This document shows, one piece after another, positions 23,191-36,599 of a DNA stretch of 64,000 bases. The notes under the pieces were generated by a model. It saw only the letters and a program-made list of their open reading frames with translations. It did not search any database and had not been told where the DNA came from. The translations under genes and the position numbers were made by a program. The stretch comes from Mobula hypostoma (taxonomy: Eukaryota). Every line of letters begins with the position of its first letter. Position 1 is the stretch's first letter. The DNA lies in the NCBI RefSeq assembly GCF_963921235.1, contig NC_086109.1, positions 12,214,001-12,278,000 on the forward strand, read 5' to 3'.

Positions 23191-23999
23191 CTGAAGCAGG
23201 CATTTTCCGATTTGAGAGGAAAGGAACAACTTCGGCAAACAGATATCTTTAAACATTACTGTAAAAATATGAACAGGTCACATCTCACACATGTTTTCCA
23301 TGTTGCCACAGCCAATGATTTTGGTCTGAGGTGCAGTCAGTGCTGTTACTGTGTCAGCTGTGTCAGTGCTCTCTCCCCTGTGTCAGTACATTGTGGGTTC
23401 ACTTCCCACTCCAGAGTCCTGAGCAGAAACCCAGGGCTGATCTTCAGTGCAGTACTGAGGGAGAGGCGCAATTTTGAGTTTTCAGTTAACACAGATCATG
23501 TCAGTCTTTCAAATGTACACAAAGATACCAGTTCGTTTATTTGGGATAGATAGAGCTGCTGTACATAGAGATTTGTGTGCATATGTTTCTTGTACTCCAG
23601 GTTTGAGTCGGGGGTTGGTAGGATCATTTGAGGTTATGTTTCAATTCTCTCCATGATGGCAATGACCTGACTTCCTCCTCACTTACAGACAAGTTTATAA
23701 ACTGCAGAAAGAAACCCCTCATGATGTCTGAAACTGTGCCCTCTGGTTCTGATGGAAATTTTATATTTCGTACCTGACCAGTATTTCTCTGTGTAGTTAG
23801 AAAGTGGTGCAACAGTAGTCGTTACCACTTTAGTATCTAGAAATCCAGGTGTGATGTCAATTTCTGTTGGGATACATTGAGAGTTTAAATCTAATTAATT
23901 ATTTCTGGAATTAAAAACCACATGTCAATAATAATGAGCAACTACCAGGCTGTCAAAATCCCAACAAGATCAGAAAGGCCTTTAGGGACAGACCTCTCA

Positions 24000-24575
24000 A
24001 GTGAAGTCAAGTTGCTTTTTATTGTCATTTCGACCACAAATTGTTGGTACACAGTGAAAACGAAACAACGTTTCTCCAGGACCATGATGCTACATGTAAC
24101 AACACGAAAACTACACTGGTCTACAGACCTACACAGGACTACATAAAGTGCACAAAGCTGTGCAGGGCAGTACAATAAATAATAAACAAGGCTATAGGCA
24201 CAGTAGAGGACAAATTACAATATAATAATAAATGATGTAGATGTCAGTCTAGACTCTGGGTACTAAGGAGTCGATGGCTTGGGGGAAGAAACTGTTGCAC
24301 AGTCTGGTCGTGAAAGCCCGAATGCTTCGGTACCTTTTGCCAGGTGTCAGGAGGGAGAAAAGTTTGTATGAGGGGTGTGTGGGGTCCTTCGCAATGCTGT
24401 TGGCTTTATGGGTGCGGCGTGTGGTGTAAATGTCTGTAATGGCGGGAAGAGAGACCCTGATGATCTTCTCAGCTGACTTCACTATCCGCTGCAGGGTCTT
24501 GCGATCCGAGATGGTGCAATTTCCGAACCAGGCAGCGATGCAGCTGCTCAGGATGCTGTTGATACCTTGGACTGC
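24000..24575 (-). mobile_element. Rex1/Babar 3' fragment in intron 1 of gene L
   Basis: SILSSCIAAWFGNC...LQRIVK...HPS...SFFPQAI remnants. Confidence 0.75.
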
Positions 24576-25163
24576 ACATCTAGTAATGTCCTTTACTAAT
24601 TGCCCCACTAAAATGGCCAAGGAAAGACACTGATAACAAGAGACTAATGTTGTTTGTCATAGTGATGCCTACAGAGTAAGATCAGATTCCGGCAATGGTA
24701 GACCTGATGTTTCCACTTAACAGCCTCCAGGACTTTTCTCCACCTGGGCATATTCTCCCCCCAGGTGGCTCCACACTATTCACCTTTTCTCCTTGTCTGC
24801 TTCCACCTTTCACCCATCTCCAAACTCCCCCCCACTTTTCCTCCCCATTCCATTTGCCTGTCCAGCTTCTCCCCTCCTCAGTCCCTGACTACCTAGTGGA
24901 TCCAGTCTCACACCTCCCCGTCTCCTATTTACACTAGCTCCCTGTCCACTCACACTCGATGCAAGGTCTTGCCCCAAACCATTTACATTTTCCCTCCCCC
25001 GACAAATGCTGGTTGACCCACTGAGTTCTTCCGAGAATGAACTCTGAACTCCAGTTTCTGACATCTTTCGTATCTGCAGATATTCAAGTACTGTTCTGAA
25101 AACGGTGTACAACCCCTAAACCAACACTGATTATGCAAAGGTCCAGCACAATTTGTCACTTAC

Positions 25164-25200
25164 CAGGTAGGAAAACAATCAGAAGAATTGAAGCCCACAT
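25164..25200 (-). CDS. Gene L exon 1: signal peptide (MWASILLIVFLP + phase 1)
   Basis: ATG at 25200, 37 nt, hydrophobic codons, followed by donor G|gtaagt. Joins in frame to the V exon (VSGA|FWAEK). Confidence 0.85.
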
Positions 25201-25260
25201 TGTTTTGTTCGCAGAGACCCAGCCAGGACCTGTCTGTCCTCAGCAAGAATTAACTGTGAA

Positions 25261-25290
25261 ATAAAAATGAGGAAGAAGGCAGCAGGAAGT
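25261..25290 (-). promoter_or_regulatory. Candidate TATA-less myeloid-type promoter of gene L with two ETS/PU.1-like sites
   Basis: aaatGAGGAAGa (25269-25275) and CAGGAAGT (25283-25290), 70-90 nt upstream of the ATG. Motif match only. Confidence 0.4.
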
Positions 25291-28200
25291 TTGATCAAAA
25301 AGCAAGGGTGACATAACCGGTGTGTAGTACGTGACAATCTGGAAAGCATTTAGGTATATTTAGCAAGACAGAAATACTTAAACAATTCCTAAAGACTGAA
25401 TGAAATGGTGAAAAGAGTTGAAATATTGGACACAAGCAACAGCAGATGTTCTAATCTGAAAGAACAGTAAATGGCTGGAGGTGTCCTGAAACAGGGGATT
25501 AATCTGAAATGCTGACCACTCTGCCTCCGCAGATCCTGCATGACTCCCGAAGTTCCTCCGGAAGTTTTATTTTTTGCTTGACTTAAAATATACTCACTGG
25601 AGCTTAGCAGAATGAGGTGGGATCTTATTGAACCCGACTGAATATTGAAAGGCCTCGAGTGAGTGCATGTGAAGAGGATGTTTCCTACAGTAAGTGAGTC
25701 TGCAACCAGACGGCACAGCCTCAGGGTACATGAACTTTCCTATAGAATAGAAGTGAGGAAGAATTTCTTTAAACATAGGGTGGTGAATCTGTGGAATTCA
25801 CTGCCACAGAGGCTGTGAAGGCCAAGTCATTGGGTATACTTAAAGTGAGGTTGATAGGTTCTTGATTCGTAAAGGCATCAAAGGTTACGGGGGAAGGCAG
25901 GAGAATGGGGTCGAGAAGGTCCAATTCTGCTCCAATGCCTTTTGGGTCTTATGGTCTTCTAATACAGGCACCAGTCTGGTGAATCTCTTCTGCAACATGA
26001 ATTCTTGAATGCTCACTGATCATACAGTGTCAGGCGCTCTCTTTAACACCTACTTTACCATGTCCCACTGTTCTGAATCTCAGGGAGTTATGGACTTGCA
26101 CCCACGATTTGTACATCGTTCTGGACTTGCCTTGATAATTCAATCAAACACGACACACGAGGAAGACTTGACATGAGTCCTGATGAAGTAACTCAGCCTG
26201 AAAGGTCAGTTGTTTACTCTTTTCTATAGACTCTGCCTGGTTGGTTGAGATCCACCAGCTTTTTCCCTGTGTTGCCATAATTTTTGGGAATTTGCTGCTG
26301 AGGAGGGAGCAAAGTGGGAAATGGGTGTGATGTAGAAGGGGCTTTTCATGCAAACTCAACATTCATACTTGACTTCATCTCTCTCCTCTTTGAACCTTGA
26401 AAGCTCTTCTCTTCTGAACTCTATTCTATCTGTCAGTGTAATATCGAGACCTCTGATGGAATTTCACTTTGCTTCAGTTAGATGTGATGGGAATCCTTCA
26501 GAATGGAGTTGCACAATCACAATGGGGTAAAATCCACATCTGATCCATTCTTAAAGCAAATGAAATCCATTTGACAGTAAATGATCTGTGTGAGTAGCCA
26601 ACCCCTGTAGTTTCTATTTCCCACAGAATAATAGATCACAGTAAATGGATAGTTCACACTTGACAAAGGAGAGAACATTTCTATCTTTCCTATCTCACTC
26701 CCATGGTCTCCCTGATCCCTGAAACTGCATACCTTTGCTCACCTTCTCATTAGCTAGCTTCCCAATATCTCTGTCCACCGGGTTAGATCTTTCAATGTTA
26801 CTCAAAGTGTGATCTATCCAGATTCATGCTGTGCGATTCCCTGGGGTAGATGAAGTCTGAGTAGAGTTTCAGTATTAGGGATAACAATTCTGACATGTCA
26901 CACATATTGGAGAAGCAATTCAGAAGTAATTCAGAATCAGATCTATGAAACCTTGACTATCTTCTTCATTTCCTTAGATGCTGCCAGACCTGCTGATTTT
27001 CTCCAGCAGTTTCTGTGTGTTGCTTTTGATTTCATTGTAGTGTGAGCATTGAAGTGATCCAAGAAGGTGGATGATTTATATTTACCTGAATTTTAGTTGC
27101 TTACTCTGCTTTTGTTTATAAACACTTAATTTCACTTTGAATAAAATAGATAAATGATAAACTAATTCAGTATATATGGAGAGCTTCGGTTACATTTGTT
27201 TTCGGGGAAAACAGTGCAGTATATTAGCCGTGAATGTATATCTTCTTAAACTCTGTACATGTACAGTATGAGTGCTGACTCTATTGTATTAGTCACTGCT
27301 GCCATCTGTGTAATGTTCACCCTAAGCAAAGGATGCGGTTAGAACTTCTGTCTTCTTTATTTGCTTTACCAAAAAGAATATAGAGAAGTATGAATGGATG
27401 TTACACATTGAGAGATCATTCCAGTCTCTACGTTGAGATATGTCCCATGTGAGGAGCAGGAGACATTGAAGTGGGTTGATAGTTCACAGACATTTATGTG
27501 AACAGAGATAGAGGGAAAAACAATAATTGCTAAGCCAAACAGGGTTGTTAACTAAAAACACACAAATGAGAAAGAAAGACAACACTGTGCTGAAAGGAAT
27601 AACTGAATGTAAAACGTATACTGCTTGTCTTCAGAGTCAGTTGACTCGATAGTCCAATTTCTCAGGCTAGGCCGAATGCAAGCAAGCAAAGAAAAGTTGC
27701 TGTGCTTTGCTCAAGTCTCAACAAGCACAACGATGAAAAGAATGGATTTAAATACCATCACAATTAAATAATAATGAAGTGACACATGCATATTCATGAG
27801 CACAACTGCCGTCTTTGCTGCGATGCCGAATCCGTGGTTGTGACAACTCTGGTCTCTTCCTGCATTGCCCGAACACGTCTTGGAAAGCTTCTCAATAACC
27901 ATGGTTCAGTATACTGATGAGAACAAGTGCAGAGATACAAAGCATCTTCAGCAAAGCATTCTTGTTTCAGTAACTAGATCACTGAACAACAATAACAATT
28001 CGGTGAAGAAAATTGAATAGGAAATTGTGTTTAGTCCTAATCCCAATCCTCTGCACACCTGTAAATACAACGGTGGGATTGAAAAACATTTTCTATTCTG
28101 TTGTTGAGAAGTTATCCAAGAGCTGTAGCGTTCCAAGTTATTGGTCGGACTGGACTTGGGATATGGTGAACAGTATTGAGTTCCTTCTCTTCGAAAGGAT

Positions 28201-29222
28201 GTGCTGCAATAGGAGAGGATCCAGAGGAGATTCCTAAGAACAATCCCAGAAAGGGTTAATGTATCAGGAGTGTTTGATGGCTCTGGGCCTGTATTAGCTG
28301 AAGTTTAGAAGAATGGCAGGGAGGGGAGGGTTCTCATTAAAACCGCTGGAGTAGTAAAGGGCCAAGAACCCAGATGGAGTGTAGGGAGAAGATGTTTCCC
28401 ATAATCGGGAAGTCACTGACAGGAGGTTGCTGATATGAGGAATTCATTGTCACAGACATTTGTGGAGGGTCGGGGGCAAGTCATTTGGTACATTGAAAGT
28501 GCAGGTTTATAGGTTTTTGATGAGAAAGGGCTTGTCAAAGTTACAGGGACAATAGGATTGAGGGGGGTAATAAATCAGCCATTGTCGAATGAGGAACAGA
28601 CTCATTGGGCTGAATAGCCTAATTCTCCCTCAATATCTTATGGTCTGAAGTGATTGGGCAATGCAGGGCGAGAGTGGAGCAGTTTGTTTACGTGAGGCAT
28701 ACTTTGGTACTTCCATTTATTCTGTTTTGTAAGACAAGTAAAGAGCACAGAAGTTCTTATGGTACCCTTTGAGAATTGCTTTGGGATTCCCTGGTACAGG
28801 GAAAGTTTCTCTTTCAGAATTAGAATCAGGTTTATTTTCACTGTCTTCTGATGTGAAATTTGTTGCTTTGTAGCGGAAAAAAACAAAGCAAGATCCTTCC
28901 CTCAGAACATTAACGAGCTCAGGTTCAACAGGCCGAGATTCACAAGTGGGATCACTGGTTCTGGAATTATCTGCAGCTAATCAACAGCCATCAGATAACC
29001 CTGAGCTGAAGAGATCAAGAGCTCCAAACAGACTCTGGTGTTACTATTTCACATCCTCACATAGGAAGTGAAGGATATAATGTGATATTCCTCCTTGTGA
29101 ATGGGGCATTTCAAAATTCAAAATTGAAATTAAATTTATTATCAAAATCTATATTTGTCGCCATATACAACCCTGATTTAAATTGCAAAAATGCCGTTCA
29201 CTTTCTCTCATTTTCAAGACGC

Positions 29223-30164
29223 TTTATTGAACTTTCATGGGTCACAGTCACAGATCAGTACGAGAAAAGTTACACCTTCTATTTGCAGATTCACACCCGA
29301 ATGACCGAAGCAAGCTGCAGTAATTTCCAGCTTACTCATTTTATTCAGCAGCCAACTTTTATTTCCAATACTCATTCTCCTTTAAGACCTTTGTACAGTG
29401 ACTGGAAAATTTCATGCTTGTGTCTCTTTCTCACTCCATTTCTACAAAATGCATTGTGCTAGGTCAGTAATCATGCACCTTATCAATGTTCAAAATGTAC
29501 CTGGTACATTTATGATCAGCTACATTAATGTCACCATATCCTCCCCTGAAAGTCATTTCCTTGCAGACATTCACAGTGGGACAATGAAATACAACAGAAT
29601 CAATGAAAAACAATACACAGATATGGATAAACAAACAATGTTTAAAAGAAGACAAACTGTGCAAATACAATAAATAAATAAATATATAACACCGAGAACA
29701 TGAGTTGTAGAATCCTTGAAGGTGAGTCCAGAGGTTGTGTTCAGTGATTGTTTCAGTGTTGGGGTGACTGAATTTATCCACCCTAGTTCTGGAGCCTGAT
29801 GATCCTGAACCTATTGGCACGGGACCTGAGCATCCTGTACCTCCTTCCCATTGGCAGCACTGACAGGAGAGCATGTTTGGATGATGTGGGTCCTCGATGA
29901 TGGATTCTGCTCTCTTGTGGCAGGACTCCTTGTGCTCACTGGTGGGCAGGGCTTTGCCTATCATTTGATCAGATCAGTCTTATCCAAACTCCATACAGAC
30001 CATCCCTGAGTAAAGAATAGGTCTGTTTTTGCAGATACCTATAAGTCAATTTTGCCCATAAATCAGCAAAAACAATGAATATTACTCTATATATTATTCA
30101 TACCCCACATGGTATTATAATGAAAGGCATCAACTGCATTTAAAACTGAGATGAAAGAGTAATT
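29223..30164 (-). pseudogene. Unit 1 orphan tail module, frameshifted: 61-nt exon (30104-30164) + terminal exon from 29441 + AATAAA (29223-29228)
   Basis: NYSFISVLNAVDAFHYNTMW+G is 1 nt longer than its paralogues. The terminal exon carries a further +1 insertion (KWSEKETQA*). Confidence 0.55.
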
Positions 30165-30849
30165 CTGAAAAGTGGAGAGAAAAAAACACTAGTTCTGTTA
30201 TTTGTAGGAACATAGAACCGAGAGCAGTACAGCACAGTACAACTCCATCGGCCCACAGTGTTGTGCTAATCTAATGCCATGATCAGTCTAGTCCTTCCCT
30301 CCTACACAGCACATGATCCTCTATTTTCATACATATATGTGGATGTATATCTAGTAGTCTCGAAATGTCCTTATTGTATCAGCCTCTACCACTGTGCATG
30401 CAGTGTGTTCCAGGAACTCACCACTCTTTGTGTAAAAAACTTACCTCTTACATCTCCCCCTAGACTTTCTTCCACTCACCTTAAATGGATGTCCTCTGGT
30501 ATTGGTCATTGTCACCATGAGAAAGAAGTGCTGCCTGTCCACTCAATCTATGCCTTATACACCTCTTCTACATCACTCTATCAAATTACCTCCCACCCTC
30601 CTATGCTCCAAAGAGAAAATCCTGGCTCACTTAACACTTACTTTTCCTCATAAGATATGTTCTCTGATCAAGGAAGCATCTTGGTGAACCTCCACTGCAC
30701 CCTCTCTAAAGCTTCCACAACCTTCAGACAATGAGGCAATCAGAACTGAACTAACTTCTCCAAGTGTGATTGAACCAGAGTTGTGCAGAGTGTAGCATTA
30801 CCTTGTGCCTCATGAACTCAATACCTCGACTAGTGAAGTCCAGCATGTC

Positions 30850-31415
30850 TGACGAGTCTCATAGAATTTTTTGAGGATGTAACTAACAGAGTGGATAGGG
30901 GAGAACCAGTGGATGTGGCATATTTGGATTTTCAAAAGGCTTTTGATAAGGTTCCACACGGGAGATTAGTGTGCAAACTTAAAGCACACGGTATTGGGGG
31001 TATGGTATTGATGTGGATAGAGAATTGGTTGGCAGACAGGAAGGAAAGAGTGGGAATAAATAGGACCTTTTCAGAATGGCAGGCATTGACTAGTGGGGTA
31101 CCGCAAGGCTCCGTGCTGGGAGCTCAGTTGTTTACAATATATATTAATGACTTAGACGAGGGAATTAAATGCAGTGTCTCCAAGTTTGTGGATGACATGA
31201 AGCTGGGCGGCAGTGTTAGCTGTGAGGAGGATGCTAAGAGGATGCAGGGTGACTTGGATAGGTTAGGTGAGTGGGCAAATTCATGGCAGATGCAATTTAA
31301 TGTGGATAAATGTGAGGTTATCCACTTTGGTGGCAAAAACAGGAAAACAGATTATTATCTGAACGGTGGCCGATTAAGAAAAGGGGAGGTGCAACGAGAC
31401 TTGGGTGTCATTGTA
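30850..31415 (+). mobile_element. Internal RT fragment of the same CR1 family
   Basis: ORF 30891-31469 (YLDFQKAFDKVPH, GVPQGSVLG) closely matches the 12-15 kb element; no 3' tail. Confidence 0.88.
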
Positions 31416-31424
31416 CGCCAGTTA

Positions 31425-31818
31425 TGGAACTGTGCAAAAGTTGTAGGCGTATGTAAAAATATTCTGTAAAGTAGAGATACTATCAAAAATAATGAAATGT
31501 GAAGTTTATAACTATCAAATATTTACTGTAAAGAGCAGTAAATAGTAATAAAAAAATCAAATCAATATTTGGTGTGATGATCCTTTGTCTTTAAAACTGC
31601 AACCATTCTCTTAGGTGCATTATTGTGTAGTTTTATAAGAAAATTGTCTGGTAGGTTGCCACAGTTCTTCTCCAGACTTTGACTGCCACACTTGCTTCTG
31701 ATTCTCCAGGTAATCCCAGACAGCCTCAGTGATGTTGAGATCATGGCTCTGTGGAGGTCATACCATCTGAAACCATATAAAAACTCTTGTGTGTCTAAAA
31801 CCTTTGCACAGTATTGTA
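31425..31818 (+). mobile_element. Second Tc1-like non-autonomous family (partial copies also at ~32105-32355 and ~39840-40100)
   Basis: Inverted termini actgtgcaaaag / ctttgcacagt; internal sequence recurs three times. Confidence 0.65.
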
Positions 31819-34470
31819 CACTGGACTTTTAAATTAAGTAACATTACAGAGGTTTGTTCATATGTCGAACACAAGTCAGGAATTCAAAACCTGGGAATGA
31901 ACTGTATTGTCTTTTATCTTAAATATCACATCTCCCACCAGATCTGCTTTCTACACTGACACTCTTCCACTTTTAACCCAGATTTAAGGAGGGGTCCCTG
32001 ACCTGAAACTGGATTCAATGAAAGGTCCCTGTTATGGTGTGTAGCCCTTCAGTCACGTCTCCATAGAAAGCTTTGGGCTATTGTGCTGGAAGATTGAGTT
32101 TACATACAGTAATCTGCAAAAGTCTTCGGCACATGTAGAATAATTCACTATAATGAAGATGCTTTCAAAAATAATGAAGTGAAAAGTTTTTAAATATAAA
32201 AAACATACTATAAAGAGCAGCAAATAGCAAAAAGCTAAATCAAATCAACATTAAGTGTGACCACACTTTGCCTTTAAAACTGCATCAATACTCTTAGGTA
32301 CACTGTCGTGAGGTTGTATGAGAAAATTGTCTGGTTGGTTGTTCCAAGCATCTCAAGACCATAAGACCATAAGATACAGGAGCAGAAGTAGGCCATTTGG
32401 CCAATCAAGTCTGCTCCACCATTCAATAATGGGCTGATCCAATTCTTCCAATCATGCCCTCTCCCCTGCTTTCACCCCATACCCTTTGATGCCCTGGCTA
32501 ATCAAGAACCTATCTATCTCTGCCTTGAATACACCCAATGACTTGGCCTCCACAGCCACTCGTGGCAACAATTTACACAGATTTACCACCCTCTGACTGA
32601 AGTAATTTCTCCGCATCTCTGTTCTTTACTTGTCTTACCAAACAGAATATAGAGAAGTAACAATGGATGCTACACATTGACCCATTTCTCCAGTCTTTCC
32701 TGCATTGCACCATCAATTCTTGAAAACTTCTCAACAACCATGGTGCAGTATGCCGATGAGAAAAAGTGCAGAGATACAAAACATATTCAGCAAAGCTGTT
32801 TTGTTTCAGCAAATAGATCACTGAACAGCAACAACAATTTGGTGAAGAAAAGTAAAAAGGCCTTTTATGATTGTTTTTAATGCTAATCCCAGTCCTGTGC
32901 ATAACTGTAAATGCAATGGTGGGATATTAAAATATTTTCCATTTGGTTATTGAGATGATATCTAAGAACTGAAGCTTTATAAGGCATTAGTCAGACCACA
33001 CTTGGAATATAGTGAACAATTTTAGGCCTCTTATGTATTAAAGGATGTGCTATAATTGGAGAGGGTCCCAGGAGTGAAAGGGTCAATGTATGAGGAGTGT
33101 TTGATGGTCTGGGCTTGTACTCACTGGCGTTTAGAAGAATGAGGGGAGTTGTCAATAGTGAAGGCCCAAAACCTGGATGGCGTGTATGTGGTTAGGATGT
33201 TCCCTGAAATGTTGGTGTTTCAGAGCAGAGGGCAAAGCCTCAGAATAAAAGACATCCCTTTATAACAAGGGTGAGAAGGAATTAATTTAGCCAGAGGATG
33301 CTGAATCTGTGGAATTCATTGCCACAGACAGCTGTGGAGGCCAAGTCATTGTGTATATTTGAAATGGAGTTTGATAGCTTTTTGATTCGTAAGGGTGTCA
33401 AAAGTTACGAGCTGAATGTGGTTGAAGGTGGTAATAAAATAGCCGTTATAGAATGGCAGAGCAGACTGAATGGACTGAATGGCCTAATACTACTCCTATG
33501 TCATTTTGTTTTACGGTCTTCTGGTCTTATTGGCTTAAGAGATGGAATAATGCAGGAAGAGGCTGGTACAATTTGTTTACATGAGGCATCCATCAGCTCT
33601 TCCCTAAATTCTGTTTCGTAAGAGAAGTAAAAAGAATACAAGTTCCAAGCATCTCCTTTGTAATTTGCTTTGGGATGTTCTTGGAAAGGGACAGGGTACT
33701 TTCAGAATCAGGCTACTTTCATTGTCTTCTGATGTGAAATGTCTTTTTTTGCAGCAGAAAAAACAAAGCAAGTTTGTTCTCTCAGACCATTAAGGAGCTC
33801 AGGATTAACAGGTTGAGATCTGCAAGTCTGACCAGTGCATCTCCAGATAATCAACAGCCTTCAGGTAACACTGGGTATAGACAGAGTGAATGCAAGCAGG
33901 CTTTTTCCACTGAGGCAAGGGGAGAAAAAAACCAGAGGACATGGGTTAAGGGTGAGGGGGGGAAAGTTTAAAGGGAACATTGGGGGGGCTTCTTCACACA
34001 GAGAGTGGTGGGAGTATGGAATAAGCTGCCAGACGAGGTGGTAAATGCAGGTTCTTTGGACAGATACATGGATGGGAGGTGTATGGAGGGATATGGTCCG
34101 TGTGCAGGTCAGTGGGACTGGGCAGAAAATGGTTCGGCACAGCCAAGAAGGACCAAAAGGCCTGTTTCTGTGCTGCAGTTTTTCTATGGTTTCTATGGTT
34201 TCTATGTAACAAACTCCAAACAGAGTCTGGTGTTACTGCTTCACATCCTCACACAGCAGGTGAAGAGGCCATTTAGCCATTGTGTTAAATCCTAATCCCA
34301 ATCCTGTGCATACGTGTAAATACAATGGGGGTATTTTAAAATGTTTTCCTCCCTTATCCTGTCATATTCTTCCTTGTCAGTGAGGCATTTCAAATTTCAA
34401 AGTTCAAATTAAGTTGATTATCAAAGTATGGTACATAAAGTGCAGTTCACTTCTGTCATTTTCAAGACCC

Positions 34471-36286
34471 TTTATTGTACATTCATGGGTTACAGTCACA
34501 GATCAGTACTGAGAAAAGTTACACCTTCTATTTGCAGATTCACACCCTGATGACCAATGCAAGCTGCTATAATTTGCATCTCACTCATTTTAGTCAGCAC
34601 CCAACTTTTATTTCCATAGCTCATTGTCCTTTAAGACCTTTGTACAGTGACTGGAAATGTTCATGCTGTGTCTCTTTCTCATTCCATTTCTGTAAAATGT
34701 GTTATGAAAGGTCAGTGATCATGCACATTATCAAATTTCAAAATATACATGGTAAATTTATTATCAAAGTATGCTAATGTCACCATATCTATCTTCCCCT
34801 GACATTCATTTTCTTGCAGGCATTCATAGTAGGACCAAGAAATACAACAGATTCAATGAAAGAGGACACACAAATATGGATAAACAAATGACGTATAGAG
34901 AAAGACAAACTGTGTGAATACAGTAAATAAATAAATATATGATAGATCATAAGACGATAAGTCAAAGGAGACATTCAGTTCATTGAGTCTGCTCCACCAT
35001 TCCATCATGTCTGATCCCGGATCCCACATCCCACCCAACCCCACACACCTGCCTTCTTGCCAAATCCTTTCATGCCCTGACCAATCAGGAAACTCTCAAC
35101 TTCCACCTTAAATATAACCATGAATTTGCTTCCACCACAGTCTGTGGTAGAGCATTCCACAGATTAACTGCTCTCCGGCGAAAAAAAAATTCTTCCTTAC
35201 GTCTGACCTAAAGGGTCACACCTCAGTTTTGAGGCTGTTCCCTGTACATATGGTTACACCCACCCCATGGGAAATATCCTTTCCTCTTCCACCCTTCGTC
35301 CTTTCAGCATTCAATTGGTTTCTGTGAGATCCCCACACATTCTTCTGAATTCCAGTGAGTACAGGTGCAAAGCGGCCAAACACTTCTCCTCTGTTAACCC
35401 CTTCATTCCCGAAATCATCCTTGTGAACCACCTCTAGACTCTCTCCAATGACAACACATACTTTCTGAGACATGGGACCCAAACTGTTAACAATACCTGA
35501 AGTGTGACCCGACTAAAGGCTCAGCATTATCTCCTTGCTTTTATATTCGAATCCCCTCGATATAAATGTCAACATTGCGTTTTCCTTCTTTACCACAGAC
35601 TCAACCTGTAAATTAACCTTCTGGGAGTCTTGCATACGGACTCCTTAGCCCCTCTGATGTTTGAAACTTCTCCCCATTTAGATAGTAGTTTGCCCTATTG
35701 TTACTTTTCCAAAATGCATTATCATACATTTCCTAACATTGTATTCCACCTGCCATTGTTTTCCCCATTCTTCCAATTTGTCTGAGTCCTGCTGTAATCA
35801 CGTTGCTTCCTCAGCACGACCTTCCCCTCCACCTATCTTCATACCATCCACATACAAAGCCAGCAATTGCATTATCTAAATCATTGATGATAAACAATGT
35901 GAACAGCAGTGGTCCTAATACTGACCCCTGACAAACACCACGAGTCACCGGCAGCCAACCAGAAAAGGCCCCTTTTATTCGCACTTGCTGCCTCCTGCCT
36001 GTCAGCCATTTAGCTATCCATGCCAGCATCTTAACTGTAACGCCACAGGATTTTACCTTGTTAATCAGCCTCATGAGTGGCATCTTAGCAAATGCTCTCT
36101 GAAAATCCAAATAAATGACATCCACTACCTCTCCTTTGTCCACCCTCACAGAAACCTTGTCAGGCAAGATTTTCCTTCACTGAATGGTGGTAAGCACACA
36201 ATTATCACTGAATATGTTATCCATACCTTCACGGTATTGTAATGGTAGGCATCAAGTACATTTAAAACTGGGACAAAAGAGTTATT
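34471..36286 (-). other. Unit 2 orphan tail module: 60-nt exon (36227-36286) + terminal exon (34621-34689) + AATAAA (34471-34476)
   Basis: NNSFVPVLNVLDAYHYNTVK|gtatgg and KWNEKETQHEHFQSLYKGLKGQ*. Confidence 0.58.
35000..36150 (-). mobile_element. Degenerate CR1 RT/3' fragment
   Basis: YLDFQRAF and QGSVLGPLLF remnants (ORF 35811-36167). Confidence 0.8.
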
Positions 36287-36599
36287 CTGAAAAGTGGAGA
36301 GAATGTAAAGCAGTTCTGCTATTTGTAGGAACATAGAACTGTACAGCACAGTTTGGGGCCTTCGGCCCACAATTTTGTGCCAATCTGTACTCCATGATCA
36401 ATCTAATCCTTCCATCCTACAAAGCCTGTAACAGTCTGTTTACATACATAAATGTATGTGCCAATCTAAGAGCCTCTAAATGTCCATACTGTATCAGCCT
36501 CTGCCACCATGCCAGGAGTGCGTCCCACAACTCAGCACACTCTGTCTAAAAAAACTTGCATCTTACATCTCCCCTAGGACATAGGACACTCAAAGCTGC

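Noticed and set aside
26370-26470. Purine-rich minus-strand segment (…EERDEVKYEC*) as a tail exon
   Set aside because: No homologue in the other units and no upstream partner exon in a matching phase.
32637-32750. 114-nt AG/GT-bounded block in the tandem units as a decayed TM exon (its acceptor resembles the gene R TM acceptor)
   Set aside because: No hydrophobic frame, stops in all frames in unit 3, the AG is mutated in unit 2, and there is no similarity to either TM exon.
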